From an uncultured virus (IMG/VR IMGVR_UViG_3300032291_002419) (taxonomy: Duplodnaviria; Heunggongvirae; Uroviricota; Caudoviricetes): a stretch of DNA of 63,890 nucleotides. The position numbers and the translations under genes were made by a program. This document shows positions 39,741 to 50,198 of the stretch, in pieces. The number at the start of each line of letters is the position of its first letter. The stretch's first letter is position 1. The notes beneath the pieces are model-generated. The model searched no databases. It was not told the origin of the DNA and saw only the letters and a program-made list of their open reading frames with translations. The stretch lies in the IMG/VR virus record IMGVR_UViG_3300032291_002419. One strand, 5' to 3'.

Positions 39741-41123
39741 ATGAAAAAAAAGAAAATACTTCTTTTATCCGATGACCTACGGATGGCAAGTGGAATTGCC
39801 AACGTATCAAAGCAGTTGGTATTGGGGACAGTCGATAAATACGATTGGATTCAATTGGGTGCAGCAATTAAGCATCCCGAAGCAGGTCAAATATTGGATT
39901 TAACAGATAGTGTTATAGCGGAAACGGGCGTTCAAAACGCAAGTGTAAAAATTTACCCGTTCGATGGATATGGTAATGCTGATATAATTAGGCAATTACT
40001 AATGGTAGAAAGACCCGATGCAATTTTACATTTCACAGACCCACGCTATTGGATTTGGTTATACGAAATCGAACACGAACTACGTCAGTCAGTTCCATTA
40101 TTATTTTATCATATTTGGGATGATTTGCCTGACCCAAAATATAATAGAGATTATTATGAAAGTTGTGATTGGATTGGATGTATTTCAAAGCAAACGTATG
40201 GTATTACAAAACGTGTATGGGGGTGGGATACCGAAACCCATTGGACTAAGCCAAAAGATTGGCAGGTAAGCTACGTTCCACATGGTATAAATTCAGAATT
40301 GTATAAGCCAACCGATGTACCTGATGATTTTAAAAAGAGTATCTTTGGTGATAAAGAATATGAATTTGTGTTATATTGGAATAATAGAAATATCCGTAGA
40401 AAGCAGCCAATGGATGCAATGTTAGCATTCGATGAGTTTAGGAAATCGCTTCCAAAGGATAAGTGGGATAAAGTGTGTATGCTAATGCATACTAATCCAA
40501 TCGAAGAACATGGAACTGATTTGGTTACATTCGTAAATCATTGTATTCCGGAATCTACTGTAATATTTGCACCAAATAGATATACAGAACAGCAATTGAA
40601 TTATCTATATAATATGGCAGATGTGACAATTAACGTTGCATCAAATGAAGGATTCGGATTAACAACGGCTGAATCGGTAATGGCTGGAACACCAATAATC
40701 GTAACAGTCACCGGCGGATTACAAGACCAATGTGGATTTAGAGATAAAAGTAGTGGCAAACTATTAACTGCCGATGATTATGTTGAAATTGGCTCGTTGC
40801 ACAATAGGCAATCGAAAGATGTGGTTACTTGGGGAGATTGGGTTAAGCCAATATGGCCAGTTCGCTCAACAACAGGCTCAGTGCCTACACCTTATATTTT
40901 TGATGATAGAGTTGATTTTATTGATATAGCTCCATTAATAATGGAATATTATAATATGGGAAAGGATGAGAGAAATACGGCTGGATTGAAAGGTAGAGAA
41001 CATTTCCTTGGAGAAGGGCTATTGAGTAAAGAAGCTATGTGTAAAACATTAGTAGATGGAATCGAAGGCACATTTGAAAATTGGAAACCAAAAGAAAAAT
41101 TTAAATTAATACCATTAATATGA
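39741..41123 (+). CDS. GT4-family glycosyltransferase
   Basis: NRNIRRK, NEGFGLTTAESVMAGTPII. Confidence 0.9.
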   Translation: MKKKKILLLSDDLRMASGIANVSKQLVLGTVDKYDWIQLGAAIKHPEAGQILDLTDSVIAETGVQNASVKIYPFDGYGNADIIRQLLMVERPDAILHFTDPRYWIWLYEIEHELRQSVPLLFYHIWDDLPDPKYNRDYYESCDWIGCISKQTYGITKRVWGWDTETHWTKPKDWQVSYVPHGINSELYKPTDVPDDFKKSIFGDKEYEFVLYWNNRNIRRKQPMDAMLAFDEFRKSLPKDKWDKVCMLMHTNPIEEHGTDLVTFVNHCIPESTVIFAPNRYTEQQLNYLYNMADVTINVASNEGFGLTTAESVMAGTPIIVTVTGGLQDQCGFRDKSSGKLLTADDYVEIGSLHNRQSKDVVTWGDWVKPIWPVRSTTGSVPTPYIFDDRVDFIDIAPLIMEYYNMGKDERNTAGLKGREHFLGEGLLSKEAMCKTLVDGIEGTFENWKPKEKFKLIPLI

Positions 41124-42388
41124 GACCAACATTAGTATTTCAAGCTCCAATTTCGTGTCGTGCAGGATATGGAGACCATGCTAGAGATGTATTACATTCA
41201 TTATATAAGTTAGATAAATTTGAAATTAAGATAATCAGCACTCGTTGGGGAAATACCCCAATGGATGCACTTAATTACGATAATTCATTTCATAAATGGA
41301 TAGTCGATAATATCATACCACATACTACGGAAAAGCCGGATATTTACATACAAGTGACAGTTCCAAATGAATTTCAAACAATTGGATATTATAATATTGG
41401 AATCACTGCCGCGATTGAAACAACGGTATGTGCATTAGATTGGATACATGGGTGCAATCGAATGGATTTGATATTAGTCCCATCAGAACATTCAAAGAAA
41501 AGTTTAGTAGATACCGTATATAATGAGCAAGATAGGCAAAGTGGAAGAACGATTACGCAGCATAAAGTTCAAAAACCTGTTGAAATTCTATTTGAGGGAT
41601 TTGATGAAATGGATTTCGGAACTGATACGGTAGTACACGTTAGTGATTTAGACCAAATCAAAGAAGATTTTGCATTCTTATTTGTAGGACATTGGCTAAG
41701 AGGTGATTTGGGCGAGGATAGAAAGAATGTGGGAATGATGATTAAAACATTCGCAATGGCTTTCAAAAACGAAAAAGTGAAACCAGCATTGATTCTTAAA
41801 ACCTCCTCAGCCGGATTTAGTATAATAGATAGAGAAACTATTATTAAGAAAATTAGAGAAGTATTGGGTAAGGATTATAAATCAGTTCCAATTTATCTAT
41901 TACATGGTGATTTGACACAATCGCAAATGAATGGATTATACGAACATCCAAAAGTTAAAGCTATGTTAAATTTTACAAAAGGAGAAGGGTTTGGTAGACC
42001 ATTATTAGAATTTAGTTTAACTGGAAAACCTGTAATAGTTTCGAATTGGAGTGGACATTTGGATTTTTTAAAAAATGGAGCAGTATTATTAGATGGTGAA
42101 TTACGAAATGTGCATGAATCAGCAGCTGACCAATTTTTACTTAAAGAATCCAAATGGTTTAATGTAAATATTTCAAAAGCATTACCAATAATCAAAGATG
42201 TTTATAGTAATTATGGTAAATATTTAGTTGAATCCAATAAATTAAAAAAATATAATTTAGAAAACTTCAGTCTAACAAAAATGACAGAACAATTTGATAA
42301 TATTTTAAATCATTATGGTATTTATAATAAGATGCAACCAAAGTTTCAACAACTACAATTGCCCAAATTGAAAATGATAAACAAATAA
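41120..42388 (+). CDS. GT4-family glycosyltransferase
   Basis: GYGDHAR, RKNVG, GEGFGRPLLEFSLTGKPVI. Confidence 0.9.
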   Translation: MRPTLVFQAPISCRAGYGDHARDVLHSLYKLDKFEIKIISTRWGNTPMDALNYDNSFHKWIVDNIIPHTTEKPDIYIQVTVPNEFQTIGYYNIGITAAIETTVCALDWIHGCNRMDLILVPSEHSKKSLVDTVYNEQDRQSGRTITQHKVQKPVEILFEGFDEMDFGTDTVVHVSDLDQIKEDFAFLFVGHWLRGDLGEDRKNVGMMIKTFAMAFKNEKVKPALILKTSSAGFSIIDRETIIKKIREVLGKDYKSVPIYLLHGDLTQSQMNGLYEHPKVKAMLNFTKGEGFGRPLLEFSLTGKPVIVSNWSGHLDFLKNGAVLLDGELRNVHESAADQFLLKESKWFNVNISKALPIIKDVYSNYGKYLVESNKLKKYNLENFSLTKMTEQFDNILNHYGIYNKMQPKFQQLQLPKLKMINK

Positions 42389-42858
42389 TGCGAACTTACA
42401 ATCCAATATATCGTAAATACATAAATGAAAAAAAATATGTATTTCCTGAAAGAATGGTTAGAGCTAAATTCTATCTCATAAAGGAATACGAATATGTGGA
42501 TGGCACTACTGGAACGTATAATGAATTAAATGCACCGATTATATATACATTATTTGTATCTAAATTAAAAAATGTAGTTCATGCGGTAAAAGTTACAAAT
42601 GTAAATCCAAATATCATTAAACGATTTTTTGGTAGATTTGTAAATGAAGATGAAGCCCGTATAGAAATGAGAGGTGGAGCTAAAAAATTCTACGAATCAG
42701 TAGTGTCTAAAATTCCAATAATAACAAATGATTCATATAGAACTTATAAGTTAGATGGATTCAATAAAGTTATTGAATTAAATATGGATATAAATCAGTT
42801 AACTCCTAAATATATGGATGTAGACTCAATAGATAAACAATCACAAAAATTAAATTAA
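42388..42858 (+). CDS. Hypothetical protein
   Basis: 156-aa coupled ORF ending near YRTYK. Confidence 0.5.
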   Translation: MRTYNPIYRKYINEKKYVFPERMVRAKFYLIKEYEYVDGTTGTYNELNAPIIYTLFVSKLKNVVHAVKVTNVNPNIIKRFFGRFVNEDEARIEMRGGAKKFYESVVSKIPIITNDSYRTYKLDGFNKVIELNMDINQLTPKYMDVDSIDKQSQKLN

Positions 42859-42860
42859 GT

Positions 42861-43253
42861 ATGAATGAACATGATTTTATAGTTTGGCTAAAAGGCTTTA
42901 CAGAAGGGGTACATGAATTTAATATCACCCCAAGCCAATGGAATTTATTAAAAGATAAATTGGCAAAAGTTACGGATGAATCAATCACACCATTTCCATT
43001 TGGAGTTCCTAATACTACACCAAATACACACCCGTTCCCAACTTGGCAACAACCACACTTAGACCCACATAATCCATATACAATAAATTGTGGTAGTGGC
43101 TCATCTGGAACAACAATAACAACTACAACTGGTGGTGGTTCTATTACAATTGCCAATCAACCATTTGGATTTGGAGTAACATCGACCACATACGGATACC
43201 CAAGTGGTTCTGTATGGAGTTATACAAATGATGATAATAAAGATATAAAATAA
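42861..43253 (+). CDS. Hypothetical protein with Pro/Thr/Gly-rich tail
   Basis: FIVWLKGF...QWNLLKDKL followed by a low-complexity tail. Confidence 0.55.
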   Translation: MNEHDFIVWLKGFTEGVHEFNITPSQWNLLKDKLAKVTDESITPFPFGVPNTTPNTHPFPTWQQPHLDPHNPYTINCGSGSSGTTITTTTGGGSITIANQPFGFGVTSTTYGYPSGSVWSYTNDDNKDIK

Positions 43254-43257
43254 TAGT

Positions 43258-43881
43258 ATGAAATTAAGTTACGCAATAACTGCCTGCAACGAGGTAGAAG
43301 AAACAATTCGATTACTAACGCAGCTGTTAAATTACAAAGAAGAAAAATCAGAAATCATAGTTTTATTGGATACTCCAAAAGCTCCAACGGAATTAATTGA
43401 ATATTTGGAATTGCAAGCAAACGCAGACCATATTACATTAATCGAATCCGAATTCAATAGTGATTTTGCACAATGGAAGAACTTTTTAAATTCACATTGT
43501 AAAGGAGAATGGATTATGCAGCTAGATGCAGATGAGTATCTATCTCCAGATTTAATTGTAAATTTAGAATCCCTATTAGATGCAAATACGGATAAAGATT
43601 TAATATTAGTCCCACGCATAAATACCGTAGAAGGGATAACCGAATCGCATATTCAAAAATGGGGTTGGAATGTAAATGATAAAGGATATATTAACTTTCC
43701 AGATTTACAAAGTAGATTATATAAACGTAAAGATACGATAGGCTGGGTTGGTAATGTGCATGAAAGAATCGCTGGGTTTGAAAGTTATACAAATTTTCCA
43801 ATGGATGAAATATATTGTATCAGACACCCAAAGACAATTGAAAGACAAGAAAGACAAAATAGCTATTATCAGACATTATGA
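43258..43881 (+). CDS. GT2-family glycosyltransferase
   Basis: LSYAITACNE, WIMQLDADE, VHERI. Confidence 0.88.
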   Translation: MKLSYAITACNEVEETIRLLTQLLNYKEEKSEIIVLLDTPKAPTELIEYLELQANADHITLIESEFNSDFAQWKNFLNSHCKGEWIMQLDADEYLSPDLIVNLESLLDANTDKDLILVPRINTVEGITESHIQKWGWNVNDKGYINFPDLQSRLYKRKDTIGWVGNVHERIAGFESYTNFPMDEIYCIRHPKTIERQERQNSYYQTL

Positions 43882-43958
43882 AAATAACATTTATATACGA
43901 TTATAAAGATGGGGAAGTTTGGTCTACTCCGATGGCTCTTTATTTAGAATCAATATAA
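43878..43958 (+). pseudogene. Abandoned 5' stub of the glycosyltransferase at 44784
   Basis: MKITFIYDYKDGEVWSTPMALYLESI* vs MKFTAIYAY-DGEEWSTPYAIV; ATGA-coupled to the upstream gene. Confidence 0.75.
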
Positions 43959-44008
43959 AATTGTAATTTTTTGTATTTTTTTGTAAAAACATAATACTTA
44001 TATATGTA

Positions 44009-44140
44009 ATGAATAAGACAATTGTAATAGAAAACGAAACCCATAATCAATTAAAGAATTACTGTAAGGAAAATTCTATAAAACTGAATAGTTGGGTTAA
44101 TAACTTAATAAAAAGGGAACTGAATCGTGTCAACAAATAG
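44009..44140 (+). CDS. 43-aa ribbon-helix-helix-like protein (not in ORF track)
   Basis: MNKTIVIENETHNQLKNYCKENSIKLNSWVNNLIKRELNRVNK; strand-helix-helix pattern; overlaps the endonuclease start. Confidence 0.6.
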   Translation: MNKTIVIENETHNQLKNYCKENSIKLNSWVNNLIKRELNRVNK

Positions 44141-44780
44141 ACTAAATACCGCCTACGTGTATAAACATATCAGAAAAGATACTAATGTTGTATTTTATAT
44201 TGGTATTGGGAGTGATATTGGTTATTATAGAGCACATAGTAATCACCATCGAAATGAACATTGGCATAATATTGTAAATTTACATGGATATACAATTGAG
44301 ATAATCGCAGAGAATGTAACCATAGAAGAAGCAAAAGAAATGGAGATATCTCTCATATCCGAATTGGGTAGATGTGATTTAGGTAAAGGACCACTTACCA
44401 ATATGACCAATGGTGGAGATGGGACATGGGGTCATATTCACGATGAACATACTAAGGAATACATCAGTAAACGTCAATCAGGTGATGGTAATAGTTTTTA
44501 TGGTAAAAAACACACCAAATTGACTAAGGAGAAAATACGGAAAAAAGTATCTGGAACTAATAGTTATTGGCATGGTAGAAAACACACCGATGTATCCAAA
44601 CAGAAAATGAGAAAACGAAGGCCAACAATGGGTGGTAGTGATAATCCCAAGGCTAAAAAATGTATTGATTTAGAAACTAATATCATATATGGTTCAATCA
44701 AAGAATTATGTGAATCGTTACATATAACACGTAGTATAGTTAATCGGTTGTGTAGAGAAAATAGATTAAAAATAGTATAA
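44127..44780 (+). mobile_element. GIY-YIG homing endonuclease with NUMOD3 repeats
   Basis: YVYKH....FYIGIG...RA, LTNMTNGGDG, NSFYGKKHT, YWHGRKHT. Confidence 0.88.
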
Positions 44781-44783
44781 TAA

Positions 44784-45668
44784 ATGAAGTTTACAGCAAT
44801 ATATGCATATGATGGTGAGGAATGGAGCACACCATATGCAATAGTTAAAGAATTTGAAAGTAGAGGATGGGAAACTGAAATCATCACCATCGGCTCAAAC
44901 AGAACAGGACAATATGATGATTCTGCATTACAATTATGGATTCAACAAGATATGCAGAGTGATATCGTAATGTTTTTTGATTGGGGTAGATTTGATTCGA
45001 GGTGGTTAGATAAAATCTATAAACCAAATGCATTTTGGATACAAGAAAGTGGTGATGACCCGCAAAATTTTGAAAGAAATTATCCAAAAGCACATCGATT
45101 TCATTATACAATTACACCTGATAAAGTATCGGCCGATGAATATAGAATATGCGGCATTAATGCTGAATGGGTAAATCATTTCGCAGATACTAAAGTTCAA
45201 TTTCCTATGAATTTAGAGCCACAATATGTAGCAGTTACTACGAGAGGATTTGGTAATTCGGAATTTTTAGATTATCTTACAAATTGGGCAGAAGGGGCAA
45301 TTGGTAATAAAAATGGTATGGATGCAAAAGAGCATACTGAATTTCTAAATAGTGGGTTAATGGTTATTCAAAATAGTAGATGGGGCGAGATTACTCGTAG
45401 AATATTCGAAGGAATGGCTTGTGGTAAAATGGTATTGACGGATAATTTATCACCGGAAACCGGATTAAGAGATATTTTTATAGATGGCGAAGATATTGTG
45501 TATTACGATGATATGTTTGATTGTATAGAAAAGATTAATTATTATAATGATAATAAAGCCGAAAGAGAAAGAATTGCACATAATGGAATGATAAAGGTAT
45601 TATATAGATATACACAAGTTCAGGTAGTAGATAAATTAATAGAACAATATGAAAATTATAAAAAATGA
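44784..45668 (+). CDS. Glycosyltransferase (CgeB/Glyco_trans_1_2-like)
   Basis: ITRRIFEGMACGKMVLTD, ERERIAHNG. Confidence 0.82.
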   Translation: MKFTAIYAYDGEEWSTPYAIVKEFESRGWETEIITIGSNRTGQYDDSALQLWIQQDMQSDIVMFFDWGRFDSRWLDKIYKPNAFWIQESGDDPQNFERNYPKAHRFHYTITPDKVSADEYRICGINAEWVNHFADTKVQFPMNLEPQYVAVTTRGFGNSEFLDYLTNWAEGAIGNKNGMDAKEHTEFLNSGLMVIQNSRWGEITRRIFEGMACGKMVLTDNLSPETGLRDIFIDGEDIVYYDDMFDCIEKINYYNDNKAERERIAHNGMIKVLYRYTQVQVVDKLIEQYENYKK

Positions 45669-46231
45669 ATCTTAAAGAATTTTACGAAAGTGGAACGTAT
45701 AAATCCGATAAAGGAACTACACATGATTATATATCCGCGTATTATAATAATGAGTTTACATCAAAAAGATTTGAATCAATTTCTATTTTAGAAATAGGAA
45801 TACACGCTGGCCTATCTTTAAAATTGTGGAAAGATTGGTTTGAAAATGCAAACATATATGCAATAGACCCTTGCGAAGAAGTTAATATTTTACAAGAAAT
45901 ATTCGATGAAGTAAATCAAAGAGAAAATATAAAAATCATAAAAGATGATGCATATTCCGAAAGTGTTTTGAATATATTCGATAATGGTAGTTTTGATTAC
46001 ATAATAGATGATGGACCACACACGCTTAATTCTCAAATATATTCTATTAAACATTGGTTAAAAAAAGTAAAATCTGGAGGAAAACTAATAATAGAAGATA
46101 TACAATCGATTACCGATTTAAATCAATTAGTTTTAGAAGCAAATGATACTGGTATGAAATGGGATGTATATGATATCAGAAATAATAAGGGAAGATATGA
46201 TGATATTATTTTAGAAATCACAGTTAATTAA
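45665..46231 (+). CDS. Class I SAM-dependent (sugar O-) methyltransferase
   Basis: SDKGTTHDY, ILEIGI, FDYIIDDGPH, GGKLIIED. Confidence 0.88.
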   Translation: MNLKEFYESGTYKSDKGTTHDYISAYYNNEFTSKRFESISILEIGIHAGLSLKLWKDWFENANIYAIDPCEEVNILQEIFDEVNQRENIKIIKDDAYSESVLNIFDNGSFDYIIDDGPHTLNSQIYSIKHWLKKVKSGGKLIIEDIQSITDLNQLVLEANDTGMKWDVYDIRNNKGRYDDIILEITVN

Positions 46232-46232
46232 T

Positions 46233-46880
46233 ATGGATAAATACTCGATTGTAATACCTACACTTTGGAAGTCAAACAGAATACACAAATTATTAAGAGA
46301 TTTGATAGATTGTGAATTTGTAGATGAAATTATTCTAATTGATAACGCTGGTAAATACTTTGAATATTATGAAGCGTTGGATAAAGTTAAATTAATACAA
46401 GTGGAAGAAAATATTTATGTTAATCCCGCATGGAATAAAGGAATAGAATTAGCAAGAAACAATCAAATCGCAATATTAAATGATGACATAAACTTTAATC
46501 CAAACATATTTGAAGTAATAACCAACGATATATTAAATCAGTTTGGTATTATTGGAATGGGAGAAGGTAATTACAAATCCCTAAACATAGATAGTGACCC
46601 AATTTTAGAAGTTTGGCAACCTGGTGTAAATGATTGGGGCTGGGGTTGTTTTATTATATTAAACAAAAAGGATTGGATTGATATTCCTGAAAACATTAAA
46701 ATATGGTATGGTGATAACTTTATAAAAGATGTAAACCCATCGCCAAAATCAGTATTAAGAAACTTTAAAGTTGAAACTGAAATGAGTACAACTTCGGATG
46801 AAGCTGAATGGGATGATATAAAAAAGCAAGACCAAATTAATTTTATAAAATATTTAAGAAATGAAAAAGTTACCAATTAG
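46233..46880 (+). CDS. GT2-like glycosyltransferase
   Basis: SIVIPT, EIILIDN, AWNKG, ILNDD. Confidence 0.8.
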   Translation: MDKYSIVIPTLWKSNRIHKLLRDLIDCEFVDEIILIDNAGKYFEYYEALDKVKLIQVEENIYVNPAWNKGIELARNNQIAILNDDINFNPNIFEVITNDILNQFGIIGMGEGNYKSLNIDSDPILEVWQPGVNDWGWGCFIILNKKDWIDIPENIKIWYGDNFIKDVNPSPKSVLRNFKVETEMSTTSDEAEWDDIKKQDQINFIKYLRNEKVTN

Positions 46881-47601
46881 TATAGGAATATTGGCTTGGA
46901 ATAGTGGGCAAGTGTTGGTAGATACGCTGACTACATATTATAATAATGGATTATTTGATATAGTCAATGATACTACAATTCTGTTTCAAGAAGTATCTAC
47001 ACAAGATGTAGAAATTGCAAAGCATTTTGGATTGGATTTCATAGGATTGCAATCTAATATAGGAATAGGAAAAGCATTTATAAAATTGACAGAAAATGCA
47101 CAAACCGACAATGTATTAATATTGGAACACGACTGGAATCTTATCGAAAATGAAGCAACTACGTATATACGATTGCATAGTGGAATTGATATGTTGGATA
47201 ATGGATATGATGCAATTCGGTATAGACACAGACGTGAACCTGGCAATCCACATTTTTCATTTAGACATAGAGGCAATGAATTAAATTATTATGATGATGA
47301 AATTCAATGCACTTCACCACACCTTTTGGATTCAGTTCATTGGTTAGAACCAGCGGTTAAATTTCCAGATAAAATACAAAAAATTGGAGATTATTTTATA
47401 ACTACATCTAGATGGGGAAATTGGACAAATAACCCAACTATGTATAAGAAGCAATTCTATTTAGATACTGTTACACAATTCGCAGGTGATGGCATTGCAT
47501 TAGAAGGTAATATAAGTAAATGGTGGGCACAACAGACTTTCGGAGTTGCGCATGGTGAAGGATTGTTTAAACATAACGATTGGCAAAAATATGGAAAATA
47601 A
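46861..47601 (+). CDS. GT-A-fold glycosyltransferase-like protein
   Basis: NIGIGKA, VLILEHDW, WTNNP. Confidence 0.65.
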   Translation: MKKLPISIGILAWNSGQVLVDTLTTYYNNGLFDIVNDTTILFQEVSTQDVEIAKHFGLDFIGLQSNIGIGKAFIKLTENAQTDNVLILEHDWNLIENEATTYIRLHSGIDMLDNGYDAIRYRHRREPGNPHFSFRHRGNELNYYDDEIQCTSPHLLDSVHWLEPAVKFPDKIQKIGDYFITTSRWGNWTNNPTMYKKQFYLDTVTQFAGDGIALEGNISKWWAQQTFGVAHGEGLFKHNDWQKYGK

Positions 47602-48265
47602 ATTCGCAGTACATTACCAAACGTGGAAAAATGAAAAAGCAACTGAATTTGTAATACAAAAATTTAGAGAGTTTTTTCCAAATGAACAATTGAGGTTAGT
47701 TTCGGATAATGCTTTAGATTATTCTCACTTTATTCCAAAGTATAATATTGATTTTGAATTTTCAAATACCAACATAGGTAGTAGATTTAAAACCATAGAT
47801 GCATGCTATATTTGGTTAGAAAGAGTATTTGATACGTGTAATTTATATGATACAGACTGGATTGTTATATTTGAAGATGATGTTATAACTCAGAATAATA
47901 ATATTACGTTTCCAAACGAAGATAGTGGTGGTATGATTTGTTGGCCATGGCAACCTAGTTTAACTGAATTACTCAAACTGAAAAATGATAAAAATAAAAT
48001 GTTTGGATATGGCATGTGTGGTGGTTCTATTTTTAGAAGAGAAGCATTTATTAATGCATATTTTAGAATACATGAATTTGATTTAAATTACATTGGAGGA
48101 TTGGATGCTAGAGTAATAGGATATACGGATACTCTTATAGGGTGTTTTTTACAATACTTTGGATATAGTTATCAGATTTGGGAAGGCACTGATGATATGA
48201 CTTATCCAAATAGGACGCCATCCGAAACAGCTTGTTTTATCCATGGTTATAAAGAATTATATTAA
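47591..48265 (+). CDS. GT-A-fold glycosyltransferase-like protein
   Basis: LVSDN, WIVIFEDDV, GMCGGSIF; ATG at 47591. Confidence 0.6.
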   Translation: MENKFAVHYQTWKNEKATEFVIQKFREFFPNEQLRLVSDNALDYSHFIPKYNIDFEFSNTNIGSRFKTIDACYIWLERVFDTCNLYDTDWIVIFEDDVITQNNNITFPNEDSGGMICWPWQPSLTELLKLKNDKNKMFGYGMCGGSIFRREAFINAYFRIHEFDLNYIGGLDARVIGYTDTLIGCFLQYFGYSYQIWEGTDDMTYPNRTPSETACFIHGYKELY

Positions 48266-49347
48266 TGTATGATTATCTTATCGTAGGTTCTGGGTTTTTT
48301 GGGTCTATTTGCGCATACGAGCTTAATAAAAAGGGATTTAAAGTTTGTGTAATAGAAAGTAGAAATCACATTGGTGGAAATTGCCATACATCAAATAGAG
48401 ATGGTATCAATGTACATGATTATGGCCCGCATATATTCCATACATCAAATAAAGAAGTATGGGAATGGATAAATCAATTTGTTGAATTTAATCATTTTAG
48501 ATTATCCCCTGTTGCAAACTATAAAGGAGAATTATATTCATTACCATTTAATATGTGGACTTTTTCTCAAATGTGGGGAGTTACTACGCCCGATGAAGTA
48601 AAGGCAATAATTCAAAAACAAAGTAATGAAATTACCGAACCAATTAATTTAGAAGAACAAGCTATTAAATTCGTAGGTAAAGATGTTTATAACAAATTAA
48701 TCAAAGGATATACCGAAAAACAATGGAGGAAATCGGCAACTGAATTACCAAAAGAAATAATCAAACGATTGCCTGTTAGATTTACATACGATAATAATTA
48801 TTTTAATGATAAATATCAAGGTATCCCAATAGGAGGATATACTCAAATATTTGAAAAATTATTAGATGGTATAGAAGTTAGATTAAATACCGATTATTTT
48901 AATGATATATTACCGGAATATAATAAACTTATTTATACAGGTCCAATTGATAAATTTTATAATTATAGATTCGGAGAATTGGAGTATAAAACAACAAAGT
49001 TTGAACATCAAAAATTAGATATAAATAATTTTCAAGGTTGCGCAGTGATGAGTTTTACGGATGAAGAAACACCATACACACGAATTGTAGAACATAAACA
49101 TTTTGAATTTGAAAATACCGATACAACTTGGATTACATATGAATATCCAATAGAATATGATGCCAAAATCACCGAACCTTATTACCCAGTAAATGATTCT
49201 GAAAATAATAAAAAATATAATTTGTATAAAAGCTTGGTAAATTCAGAAAAAAATGTTATATTTGGTGGTAGATTGGCAGAATATAAATATTACGATATGC
49301 ACCAAGTAATTGCTTCGGCATTACAAAAAATCGATGAAATAATATGA
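48265..49347 (+). CDS. glf: UDP-galactopyranose mutase
   Basis: YLIVGSGFFG, HIGGNC, YGPHIFHT, YTRIVEHKHF, GRLAEYKYYDMHQ. Confidence 0.95.
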   Translation: MYDYLIVGSGFFGSICAYELNKKGFKVCVIESRNHIGGNCHTSNRDGINVHDYGPHIFHTSNKEVWEWINQFVEFNHFRLSPVANYKGELYSLPFNMWTFSQMWGVTTPDEVKAIIQKQSNEITEPINLEEQAIKFVGKDVYNKLIKGYTEKQWRKSATELPKEIIKRLPVRFTYDNNYFNDKYQGIPIGGYTQIFEKLLDGIEVRLNTDYFNDILPEYNKLIYTGPIDKFYNYRFGELEYKTTKFEHQKLDINNFQGCAVMSFTDEETPYTRIVEHKHFEFENTDTTWITYEYPIEYDAKITEPYYPVNDSENNKKYNLYKSLVNSEKNVIFGGRLAEYKYYDMHQVIASALQKIDEII

Positions 49348-50198
49348 AAGATGTGGTTATTGGATGTATAACAAATTATACATTTGAAAATATTAAATTA
49401 TTTGTAAATTCCATAGATAGGAGTGGATTCACTGGATATAAAGTGATGATAGTTTACAATGTTCCATTTTCAACGGTGGAGGAATTAAAAAAACGAAATT
49501 GGATTGTAGTTGCATTTAATGAAGATACTCAAAATCAAAGATACACTTACAGAGATAATTTTATAGTAACCGTTGATAGACACCTACACTACTACCTTAC
49601 TTTAAAGCAATTAGCCGAAGAAACTCCAGAAGGATTACGATATGTGATGGCATTAGACCCAAAAGATGTTATATTTCAATACAACCCATCGGAATGGTTG
49701 GAAAAAAATATAGGTGATAAGAAAATTAATGCAGGTCGTGAAAGTGTTAAATACAAAGATGAGGTATGGGGAAGAAGTAATTTGATTGAAAGTTTTGGAG
49801 AAGTAGTGTATGATAAATGCAAAGAAAACATAACTGTAAATGCAGGAACAATATCAGGAGTATGGGACACTATGAGTGAATTATTTTTAAATGTTTACTT
49901 AATGTGTCAAGGAAGCCCAAATGCAACTCCGGACCAAGCAGCATTAAATGTTGCTTTATCATTTTCACCATATAAAGATTTGACTAGATTTACAAATTCA
50001 GAAGAAGGTTGGGCTGCACAATGTGGGACAACCGTTGACCAACGAATGGTTAGACAATATGGTGATAATCTATTAGAACCCGCTCCTATAATGGATGGTG
50101 ATATTGTTAAAACTAGCACTGGTATTCCATTTGCAATAGTGCATCAATATGATAGAATACCTGCTTGGAATGAAATTATAACAAAAAAATACGAATAA
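49344..50198 (+). CDS. Nucleotide-sugar transferase-like protein (GT-A fold)
   Basis: LDPKDVIFQYNP, NAGTISG, DQAALN, IVHQYDR. Confidence 0.72.
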   Translation: MKDVVIGCITNYTFENIKLFVNSIDRSGFTGYKVMIVYNVPFSTVEELKKRNWIVVAFNEDTQNQRYTYRDNFIVTVDRHLHYYLTLKQLAEETPEGLRYVMALDPKDVIFQYNPSEWLEKNIGDKKINAGRESVKYKDEVWGRSNLIESFGEVVYDKCKENITVNAGTISGVWDTMSELFLNVYLMCQGSPNATPDQAALNVALSFSPYKDLTRFTNSEEGWAAQCGTTVDQRMVRQYGDNLLEPAPIMDGDIVKTSTGIPFAIVHQYDRIPAWNEIITKKYE

